Positions 18,527-27,900 of a stretch of DNA of 37,168 bases are shown one piece after another; the first letter of the stretch is position 1, and each line of letters opens with the position of its first letter. The stretch comes from a virus (Duplodnaviria; Caudoviricetes), in the IMG/VR virus record IMGVR_UViG_3300005931_000036, positions 1 through 37,168 of that record, one strand, 5' to 3'. Under the pieces are notes generated by a model that searched no databases, was not told the DNA's origin, and saw only the letters and a list, made by a program, of their open reading frames with translations. The translations under genes were made by a program, and so were the position numbers.

Positions 18527-18534
18527 TACTTATA
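18527..18534 (-). promoter_or_regulatory. Variant late promoter TATAAGTA (oxygenase cluster)
   Basis: 9 nt upstream of the ATG at 18517; the same variant precedes gp20. Confidence 0.65.
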
Positions 18535-18543
18535 TAAAATAAT

Positions 18544-18930
18544 TTATTGCTTTTTCAATTTGCTTTTGTTATAGTTTTCTACTATTTTTTTAACAACAAA
18601 ATCACCCAGTTCAGCATCTACTGTATATCCATATATAGGTACTCTTATTTTACCTTCTGGTTTACTTACCAATCTATGACCTTGTAAATGTGATTGAAAG
18701 TTTGGTATGTTTTTTGTACATTGTATCCACATATTTTGAGATAAGTCTATCTCTGGATAATCTGTTATTTGATATTTAAGTTTTAATTGTTCACAAAACA
18801 TATCCAAAGGTATCTCTTTGTTAGTTTGTAAATCTCTAATTAATTCTTTTATAACTCTTTTGAAATTCTCGTCCGTCATCATATCTTTATTAAATACGAT
18901 TTCTTTTTCTGAATTATTATCACTTGTCAT
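18544..18930 (-). CDS. Hypothetical protein
   Basis: 128 aa with SD AAGGAG and its own late promoter; no recognisable motif. Confidence 0.8.
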   Translation of the reverse strand: MTSDNNSEKEIVFNKDMMTDENFKRVIKELIRDLQTNKEIPLDMFCEQLKLKYQITDYPEIDLSQNMWIQCTKNIPNFQSHLQGHRLVSKPEGKIRVPIYGYTVDAELGDFVVKKIVENYNKSKLKKQ

Positions 18931-18961
18931 TGTTATTCACTCCTTTTAATTATTCACTATC

Positions 18962-18969
18962 TATTTATA
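18962..18969 (-). promoter_or_regulatory. T4-type late promoter
   Basis: TATAAATA directly downstream of the terminator. Confidence 0.88.
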
Positions 18970-18975
18970 TGATAC

Positions 18976-19000
18976 AAAAAAGGCGTCCTAAGACGCCTCT
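18976..19000 (-). terminator. Intrinsic terminator after the Gly-rich fibre gene
   Basis: Minus strand AGGCGTC-TTAG-GACGCCT-TTTTT. Confidence 0.88.
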
Positions 19001-19013
19001 TTATAAATTTGTA

Positions 19014-20531
19014 TTATGCTTTGATGATAACTACGCCAGATCCACCTGTTGATCTAGGGTTATCAGCAGGACCAGTTGCTTGAGGTCTTCCAGCACCACC
19101 AGAACCTCTACTATCTAATCCATCAGCTGGAAAATCTACAGTTGGCGCAGGGTTTGGACCACCGCCTCCTGTACCACCAGCACCACTAGCACTTCCACCA
19201 CCACCAGCGTATATTACTGAAGTTGTTCCGTCTGATACTGTGTAAGCTCTTCCATCTCCACCGGTTCCACTAGAACCAGGTGTACCTGCAGTACCAGCGC
19301 CACCGCCGCCGCCGCCACTTGATCCACCGTTGTTTCCGAAGCCATAAGCTCCTGATTGACCTGGTTGAGTAGGTTGAGTTGCTATACCAGCTGGTCCTTG
19401 TAGACCTCTACCTGATTGTCCACCACCACTTCCGGAACCTCCCGCTGTACCTGGTTGATAACCGATAATGTAAAATCCTTGTTTACCAACACCACCACCT
19501 TTAGCAGTTAATGTTCCAAATACTGAATCTTGTCCATCTGTAAATTCACCACCGCCACCGACTGTGACTGGCATTGTTGCACCTGGTGTCACTGTGAAAC
19601 CTGGAACGAATATTAATCCACCGGCTCCACCGCCACCATTATTTCCGTGTACTGCTGGGTCTGCACCTGCTGGACGATTACCGGGATAACCCCTTGACCC
19701 TCCGCCACCAGCAACTACTAGTACATCTACTGCAGTTGTTCCTGTTGGTACAACATAGTCTGCGGATGCAGTTAATGTTGTAAAACTTGGACCAACGACT
19801 GTAATAGAAAAATCTCTAAATGAAATGTTTGAGTTTGCGTCTGTTGCTTTTAATCTAAAGTTGTAAATTACATCTGAAGTAGGTAAAGTACCCGTCACAG
19901 AACCGCCGATAGTCGCTTGACCATTATCTCCAGCTGTTAATGTCATTCCTGGTGGAAAAGAACCTGATTCTAATTCAAAAGCAGGATCACTTCCTGACTC
20001 TGGGTCAAAAGCTTCTACAACAAAACTTCCTGATGCTCTACAAGAACCTAATGAACCTGCAGTTGTCACAAATGTTGGAGCTCCATCAACATTAATTTGA
20101 TTTTCTAAAACAAGTGTTAAACCTGTACCGTTTGTGACTGATATATCATAAGGTTCGTTAGCGTTTAAAAAGTTTGATTTAGCAGCAACACAAGTTAATT
20201 GTGTTAAGCTATCAATTGACACAGAGTTAAATACTACATTTGCTCCACCATTAGTAATTAGTTTTGCTGTTGTACCTGCATTAAATCCTGTACCTGTGAC
20301 AGTAAAAGCTTGAGTTCCACTACCATCACCTCTTGCTACTGAAGTAGGAGATATGCCTGTGACAGTTGGTGCTTGAATACCAATGCTTGCTGTGTTAGTT
20401 TGTCTTAATTGATTTAAACTTGTATCGTAAATTAATACTTTATCATCTGTAGCTACTGATGCTTGTGGATTTACAGTATGCCCAGATACTACAGTTTGAT
20501 TTAAATTTGATTGTCTTATTTTTCCCGCCAT
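19014..20531 (-). CDS. Fibre tip / putative receptor-binding protein: IPT/TIG-like and Ig-like domains plus glycine-rich domain
   Basis: 505 aa; APTVTGISP...VTGTGF (IPT/TIG-like), APTFVTTAGSLG...GSFPPGMTL (Ig-like), VLVVAGGGG...GGSGVVII (glycine-rich). Confidence 0.8.
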   Translation of the reverse strand: MAGKIRQSNLNQTVVSGHTVNPQASVATDDKVLIYDTSLNQLRQTNTASIGIQAPTVTGISPTSVARGDGSGTQAFTVTGTGFNAGTTAKLITNGGANVVFNSVSIDSLTQLTCVAAKSNFLNANEPYDISVTNGTGLTLVLENQINVDGAPTFVTTAGSLGSCRASGSFVVEAFDPESGSDPAFELESGSFPPGMTLTAGDNGQATIGGSVTGTLPTSDVIYNFRLKATDANSNISFRDFSITVVGPSFTTLTASADYVVPTGTTAVDVLVVAGGGGSRGYPGNRPAGADPAVHGNNGGGGAGGLIFVPGFTVTPGATMPVTVGGGGEFTDGQDSVFGTLTAKGGGVGKQGFYIIGYQPGTAGGSGSGGGQSGRGLQGPAGIATQPTQPGQSGAYGFGNNGGSSGGGGGGAGTAGTPGSSGTGGDGRAYTVSDGTTSVIYAGGGGSASGAGGTGGGGPNPAPTVDFPADGLDSRGSGGAGRPQATGPADNPRSTGGSGVVIIKA

Positions 20532-20540
20532 AATTTCTCC

Positions 20541-20783
20541 CTATACCGGCATTTCTCTAACGATTAAATCGTCTGATGGTGCTGGTGCAACTACCATTGT
20601 TAAAGTTGTTCCTGATATTGAATAATCAGCTGATTTAGATTGTGTCACTCCATTAAGTGTGACAATAGTCTTATCTTCAGTCATGCCTTGTGTGACAGTG
20701 AAAGTTTTTGTAGACCCATCGGCTGTCATCGCTCTTACTTTAATCTCTGTAGGATTATCTTTACCATTTATATATCTTACCAT
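20541..20783 (-). CDS. Stand-alone 'GDGST' beta-domain adaptor protein
   Basis: 80 aa; ADGSTKTFT...VTLNGVTQ...DYSISGTTLTMVVAP, homologous to the repeats in 30015..31532. Confidence 0.8.
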   Translation of the reverse strand: MVRYINGKDNPTEIKVRAMTADGSTKTFTVTQGMTEDKTIVTLNGVTQSKSADYSISGTTLTMVVAPAPSDDLIVREMPV

Positions 20784-20816
20784 TTTGTCTACCTTATTAT
20801 AATTCTTATTGTGTTA

Positions 20817-21185
20817 TTACACATCTTCTAAAACTGAACATACTACATCAATTGAAGAACCTGCTGAAGCTTCAGCTCTTAAAACATCGGCATTTGTACC
20901 ATCGTTTATTAGAACTATCTTATTACCTTGCATTATTTCAACTGTTGTATTACCTGGAACTTTTAATCCGTTAACGATATAAGAATCGTTTGAACCATCT
21001 TCATTATCTAAAAATAGTCCTACTGTTCTCTCTGCTGCGTTTTTATTACAAACAGATATACCTATTACGATACTTTCTAAAGCTGATGAACCAGCACCTG
21101 CTGGGACACTATAAATTGCGTCTCCTGAAGCACCTGTTCCTGTTCCGACATTCGGTTTTGCGAATCTTTTAAAATCGTTAGCCAT
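20817..21185 (-). CDS. Small virion adaptor protein (MANxFK type)
   Basis: 122 aa; MANDFK...IYSVPAG...VIGISVCN...GNKIVL...DVVCSVLE. Confidence 0.75.
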   Translation of the reverse strand: MANDFKRFAKPNVGTGTGASGDAIYSVPAGAGSSALESIVIGISVCNKNAAERTVGLFLDNEDGSNDSYIVNGLKVPGNTTVEIMQGNKIVLINDGTNADVLRAEASAGSSIDVVCSVLEDV

Positions 21186-21210
21186 TGTTTTTTTTATCCT
21201 TATTCTTTTA

Positions 21211-21218
21211 TATTTATA
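21211..21218 (-). promoter_or_regulatory. T4-type late promoter
   Basis: TATAAATA 25 nt upstream of the ATG at 21185. Confidence 0.85.
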
Positions 21219-21266
21219 TAGTTTTAAATCTTAATACTAACTTTTTTTAGTAATAAAACCGTTTTA

Positions 21267-21695
21267 TTATCCTAATGCTATCGCTTGTGCGATTGCGAAA
21301 GGTTGAGTTGCCACTGATGTACTATTAATAGTCATTGTAGCTGCCTCTATATTACCAGTAGCTGTGACACTACCTATGCCAAGACTTGTAATACCTGATA
21401 GTGTATTATCTAAAGATACAGTCAATGTATCTGTTGCACTTACAACAGCATTTATATTATTAGACCCCACCACATTTAAGGTATCTCCACCAGAAATAGC
21501 TTGTGTAGTAGAAGACGAATCTCTCAAAGTAAATGAAGATGTTGCTCCAAAAGCTTCATTGATAGCACTTACTAAACTAGATTTATCACTAGTATTTAGA
21601 CTAGTTAAATCTCCTACATCTGTACCCGCTAACGAGTTAAATGTAGTACGAAAAGTATTTAGTGTATCTGTTGTTGCTACTGATCTTATTGCCAT
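21267..21695 (-). CDS. Short fibre/whisker segment ending in FAIAQAIALG
   Basis: 142 aa; N-terminal TDTLNTFRTTFN and the LNTSDKSSLVSAINE fibre motif. Confidence 0.75.
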   Translation of the reverse strand: MAIRSVATTDTLNTFRTTFNSLAGTDVGDLTSLNTSDKSSLVSAINEAFGATSSFTLRDSSSTTQAISGGDTLNVVGSNNINAVVSATDTLTVSLDNTLSGITSLGIGSVTATGNIEAATMTINSTSVATQPFAIAQAIALG

Positions 21696-21696
21696 C

Positions 21697-21918
21697 TTAT
21701 TGCTTTACAACTCCTTTTATCAAATCTTTAATTTCTCTTAATTCTGCCTTTAGATTATTTATCTCTATTACAACGCCTCTTATTTCATCACCTTGTTTTT
21801 CTCTTGCATTAACTCTCGCCATATATAACGAATATTCGTTTTGATTAGTATTGATGATACCATTTGATCTTGTATCTCTTACTAAACTTTCAAATCCTTC
21901 TACTTTTACTTTTGCCAT
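21697..21918 (-). CDS. Small conserved hypothetical protein with C-terminal coiled coil
   Basis: 73 aa; KVEG...LVRD...GIINTN and EINNLKAELREIKDLI; tight packing after the giant structural gene. Confidence 0.8.
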   Translation of the reverse strand: MAKVKVEGFESLVRDTRSNGIINTNQNEYSLYMARVNAREKQGDEIRGVVIEINNLKAELREIKDLIKGVVKQ

Positions 21919-21919
21919 A

Positions 21920-24900
21920 TTATAACGCCAATGCTATTGTTCTAAAGTCTTTTAATCTTGCTGGTAGAGATGATACTGTACCATTTATAACTATCTTAAT
22001 TTGAAAAGATGTAAATTCAGGTAAATCTTTTTTACTAAATTTGTAATCTTTAAAATCTACATCTAATACTACATCACCATTTGACGGATCAACAGTGACA
22101 TCTGAAGTACCATCTATATTGAATGGAGTAAATTCTATATCTTCTATTCTTCTTGTTTCCTCACCACCTGATAATCTAAAGAAACATTTAATAGATGAAC
22201 TTGATCTTACACTAGCAGCTAATCTAACATCTAACGCAGTTGAAGCATTAGCTAAGTTAATTGGTTTTGTTATATAAGAACCTGAAGAAGAACCACCTTC
22301 TATTGCTGTGTCATCTTCGTAATCTACTGTATTTGTAATTTTTGCTATAACTTTTGAACCACTTGCTGGTGCAACACCCATAGTTAAAGTTGTACCTGAA
22401 ACTGTAAAGTCGTCAACTGGTTGTAATTTTTTACCATCTTTTTTAATTGATAGAATATGAACACTACTTGGTGTACCAGATAATGTAAATGCAACTGTTG
22501 AACCATCTCCTGTAAATGTGCTTGTAGATGATATTGTAGGATTATTTAATCTATTTGTAATCGCAAAAGCATTTATTCTTTTTAAATCTATTACTGGCGA
22601 TAAATTAGCATTTGTTGAACTCATTACAAAATTCATAACAATTGATTTAGAACCTGACATTTCATTTGTTTGGTTAATATCACTTGCAACTAGTTTTGGA
22701 TTATCAAAGTAATAGTTATCACCTATTACAATATTTTCAGCAGCAGATGTTGCTTGTAAGCTAAACGCTGTTTCTGAACCGTGAACTGATCTACCTGTTG
22801 TAGTTCTTAAAGTAGCTGTTAAAGCAGTTGCTGGTTGTACTATATGACCAATTTGTGGCTGTAATACATCATACAATCTATTTTGTGTAGCTGTCACAGC
22901 TGTACCACCAACATCACCTGTTGCGTTTGCTGTACCAGCTGTTGTAATATCATAACTATCTAAAGTTATGTTTGAAATACTTGTATATGTTCCATTAATC
23001 GCAGAATGAGCTATACCATTGTAAGTACCAGCAGGTATCCCAGCGATTATAACATTATCTGTTATAGAATGCATTCCATGATTTTTATGGAACACTCTTA
23101 TTATACCAGTACCATTAAATGTTCTTAATGAATTGGTGTCTAAAGTTTTTACAGGTAGAGTAGCATTTGCTAATGTTAAAGTACCAGATGTAGTTGTATC
23201 AAATACAGCTTTTTTTAATTTGAACTTCATATCTTCCATTTGTTCAGGCGTCCAAGTACGATAGTTAGCAGATTTAAACAATACACCACTTGATGGTTGT
23301 TTAGATACTGTTCTATTTGTATCAAGTGCTTTTTCACCTAATCTTGCTATGTAAGCTGTGTAATCTGTTGAGTCTGAATATAATACTATACAATATTCAA
23401 TACCTTCTTGTAAATAAACAGGACTATTAAAAGTAAATGTAGTTGCTGTAGAACCATCTGTACTTGTATTTACAGAACCTGGATTTAAATATTTTTGTGC
23501 GAATGGTATAACTTTTTGTCCAGGATAGCCATTGATCATATTTCTTATTTCTGCTCTTACTGGAATTGTATCTGATTTAGTAGCAAAGAAAGCGTCTAAA
23601 GAAGTGATATATACACCATCTGTATCATCAATTATAAATGATTGCGCTAATGGATCGCCTCCACCACCACGATTATTATTTTGAGGCTGTCTTACCGCAA
23701 CAACTCTACTTGCTGTTCTAGTTGTAGTTTGAGAAGATGTGACTGATGTTCTCTGTATTGATGCTTCTCTTGTAGCAACAATAGCTTCTTGTGTTGTTTC
23801 TAATAAACCTTTAGCAGAATAATCACCTTCAGCTGATGTGGCAACATTTGTTCTATCTTCACTATTTGTAGATGAACTTGTTAATCTAAATATTCTTTTA
23901 CCTGTTCTCCATTTAGGATTTGAAGTATTATTTGGATCAGGAATAGCAAATGAACCTTTTACATAACCATTTGTATCTGTAATTAAATTTCCACCTAATG
24001 AACCTCCGTCAGGAGTAATATAAGCGGTAATTACTATGTTATCAAAATAACCATAAACTTTAGTATTTGGTCTTAAACCATAACCTTCAAAAGTTATTGT
24101 TCTACTTCTAATAAATGGTATAAAGTTAACTGACATAACTCTAGCACCTAAACTTTGTCTAACTGATTGAGGTACTATTGTTGTTCTAATACCTGCTCTT
24201 GTTTGTACAACATCTCTACTTGTAGTTTGTACTAAAGAATTACCTTGCCAGCTATTACTTGATCTAGGATTACCTGACCATTGATCTTGCCATTCATTCC
24301 ACTCAGTACCTACTGGTAATTCTTGTGAAGTATTACTTAATCCTAACTCTCTTGCTAAGTTATCAAATGTACCATTAAGATTTACAACTAATTCAGGAGC
24401 AACTCTTGTTTCTTTCCATTCATCAACTGGTGGGTCCAATTCTACATTACCAATCCAATTAAATACTAAAAATGGATTTAAGTTTTCTGTTTTAGTAGCA
24501 TATGGTTGTTCTAAATAAGTTGCTTCTGTATATGGTAAAGTAATTAGGTCACCTGTTTTAGCATAATTAGCTGCTGTTCTATCAGCCGCTAATATAGAAG
24601 TTAAATCATCATCAACTTCTTCCATTTCAATAACATCTTCACTAAATGGGGTTCTTGCTTCACCTCTTGCTCTATCAATAGATAGTTTGTAATCATTGTT
24701 CCCTACATCACCAACATTGTGGCCTGTAAAGTTATCTACAACAAATCCATTTTTAAATCTATCAAAACCATTTTCGTCTTGTATCTGTAAACTTTGAGCA
24801 TCAGCTTCTAATAAAGAAAGTTGAGTATAGTATTCTATATTTTTAATTCTATTTTCTAAAGAGCCAATATCTCTCATTGTGTATCTGCTATTATCTTCAG

Positions 24901-27900
24901 CTCTTACTAATACTTCATCTGTATTTAAAGTATAACTTGGTATAGTTAATGTAGCTAATAGTAAATGTCCATCTAAATTTCCTGGCTCTAATGGATTGAT
25001 AGCACTAGCACCTTTTAATATTTTTAAATCGCCTTGTCTAGTGATGAAAACTTTATCTATTCTATTTAAGAAAAATTCAAAGTCTGTTGTTATATCTGAA
25101 TTGAATTGTGGTATATCAATAGTTGATCCACCTGTTCCATCAAAACTTCTATCGTTATTACCTGAATTTATTGTACTAGCATCATCTACTCTAGGTCTAT
25201 AATCTAAACAATCTCTTAATTGAAATTTACTACCTGTTGTATCTGAATTATAACTTGGAATATCTTCATAGTCAATTACCCCAGCATAAGAATCAACATC
25301 AAAATAATCTCCTGATCCATGTGAGAAGAAATCAAAGTTAACAAGTAATCTACCTGTTGGTCTAATCGCACCAGGTTTTAATTTTAATCTTCCTATGTCA
25401 TAGAAATTATCTCTTTGTCCATTATCTAAATTAAATCTATTTGTAATATCTGTATGTGAAGTTGTAGCAACTGTTCCAAAAGCAGGTGACATATAAACAT
25501 TATTGATTTTGAAAATATCAGCTTTACCTAAACCAATTGTACCACTTTCAATAGTTGCTTGAGTTGAAATAGCAACTGTTGAGCCACTGTTTAAAGCTTT
25601 TGTTTTTGAACCAGCAACCGTTCTTACTATTGTTGCTAAAATCTTTAATTTATGTCCTTGAAAATTAGCACCTAAATCTACTGTTAGTGTTTTACCTGTT
25701 GGTGAACCACCTAATGTAAAGATAGAATCACCTTCGTGGTTATTTCCACCTAAATTTAATACATCTCCAACTGCGCCAGTTCCACCAGCGCCAGTTGTCA
25801 TAACTGTAGCAGTAAAATCATCACTTGCGAAAGAAGCAAATGTTTCATTTGTACCTGCAGTAATTGTGACATCACCATTTGATGATAATGTACCTGTGAA
25901 GTTTCTTCTAACATTAAAGTTAGTATCTGTTGCATCACTGTTTGCAGTTGTTTTTAAAGTTTTAATTGTGACATGAGGTAAGTCAAATATTGAAATATTG
26001 TTTTCAGGATTTGTAAGTTTTGCTCTTTTAACTGTTAATACTGAAGCTGTAGTGACATCACTACCACCTACATTAGCTGTTAATTCTAATTCTGTTTGAG
26101 ATACAATATACTTAACTATACCGGATACTGTTCCGTTTGCGTTATTTGTAAATGAAACTGTATCTCCTATTTTCAAATCTGTTGTAAAGTTTGTACCTTT
26201 ACCAAATACAGTTGCATCACTATTTGCTACTGTGACATTACCTGTAATTGTAGTATTTGATCCGTATGTACTTGTTGTGTCAGCATCTGCTGTGTATGTT
26301 GGAGAACCAGCCATACCAATTTGTTTAACAGAGTTTATATCTCTTGTTTTAACTCCATTGAATCCTAAAGTATCAGCTTGAATTGTTCCTGTCGCAGAAG
26401 AAGTAGCACCTGATATAACTTCACTAGCACTAAATGTACCTGAAACATTTGATAGTACAACTACTGTGTGAGAGGCTGTAGGATTACCTGACTGTGCTGT
26501 GACATTTAATGATGTTGTACCATCACTATCAAATAATTCAAAAGTATTTGTTGTAGTGTTTCTTACAACACAAACTCTTGCGCCTGAGTTAACCGTACTA
26601 TTTACAGAATATGTTCCACCTGTTAGAGTAATTTGTTGACCATCTCTAAATCCGTGAGAAGATAAAGTTGCAACAGAAGGATTGGCAGCTGTAATCGCTA
26701 TCGCTGCTGATTTAGTAGCAGTGACACTTTGAACAGTACCAGTTGCACCTGAAGTAGCACCTGATACAACTTCACCTGTTGAAAATGAAGCAGATGTTGT
26801 TAAGTTTAGATGAGTAAACATTTCAATATCAAATAAGTAGTGTCTGTATATTGAAGATGTTGCGTTTATATCACTTGATTCAGTTGCTGATACAGTTTCA
26901 AAACCACGAGATTTAGCACGACCAATTTGTGGTACAGTTGTACCCACAGTTGATTGTTGCGTTCCTCTAACAGCTGTTTTTGTATCAAATAAATTAACTG
27001 TTTTAAAAGCTTCTACATCACCAGAAACAAACCCTACATCTGGTTGTCCATAAACATTGTTTACATTAATAAAGTTTTTTACATTAAATCTTGTTTTATG
27101 ATTATTAGCTGTTTCAAAATCTCTAGCTTTTTCTACATCAACAAAAGTTGTTCCAATTCTTTCAGATTCATAACCTTTTACATAAGCTTTAAATGGAGAT
27201 ACTCCAAGAGCAAGTTTAGTAGCTAAACCACCATTACCACCTGTATAGATACCTCTGTTATTACCTGACGATAAATGTTCTCTAACATCAAAGTCTGGAT
27301 TAGTTAAAACATAATCACCTGATTCGTCAAATGTTCTACGAGCAAGTGTATCTTCTAATACAGCATATTCAGTGCTTCTAACAATAGATTTTGTAATTCC
27401 TTCTTCTACTCTAGCAATTTCATAAAAATTTTCATCTTCTGTTGAAGCCAAAGTTTTTTTAGCAAGTGATAGTAATATCTTAAATCTGTGTGCGCCTGGA
27501 GCATTTGCGTTTGATGAACCAGCTGCGTTATCATTTAATGTTGCATCATCATTAGGTGTCACAAAACTTTCTGTGACTGTAAAACCTACTCTATATGATG
27601 GTGTGTTTGTGTACTTGTCTAATACTAAACTTCCAGTATCTATTTGTACAAAAAAACCATTAATGTAATATACACCTGTTTCAATAGCTGCAGCTGAACC
27701 TGTATGTGTAGTTGCTACAACTGCTGATAATGAAACACTATCACTATTTGTTCCTGTGATTGTTTCACCATCTGAAAATACTAAATCTGTATTGTTTGTT
27801 CCAGTCTTATTATATTTTACATAAAGAGTATCTGGGTCAGTACCATCGGTTGCTTCTGTTGAAACAATTTTTGCTACTACACCTGAAGTACCACCTGTGA

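Noticed and set aside
19014-19730. Diversity-generating retroelement or invertase-type variation of the fibre tip
   Set aside because: No reverse transcriptase, recombinase or near-identical template/variable repeat pair is visible in the window.
21235-21269. AT-rich inverted repeats (TAATAAAAC-C-GTTTTATTA) after the 142-aa fibre gene
   Set aside because: Weak, almost all A/T stem overlapping the stop codon with no proper U-tract; cannot be called a terminator.
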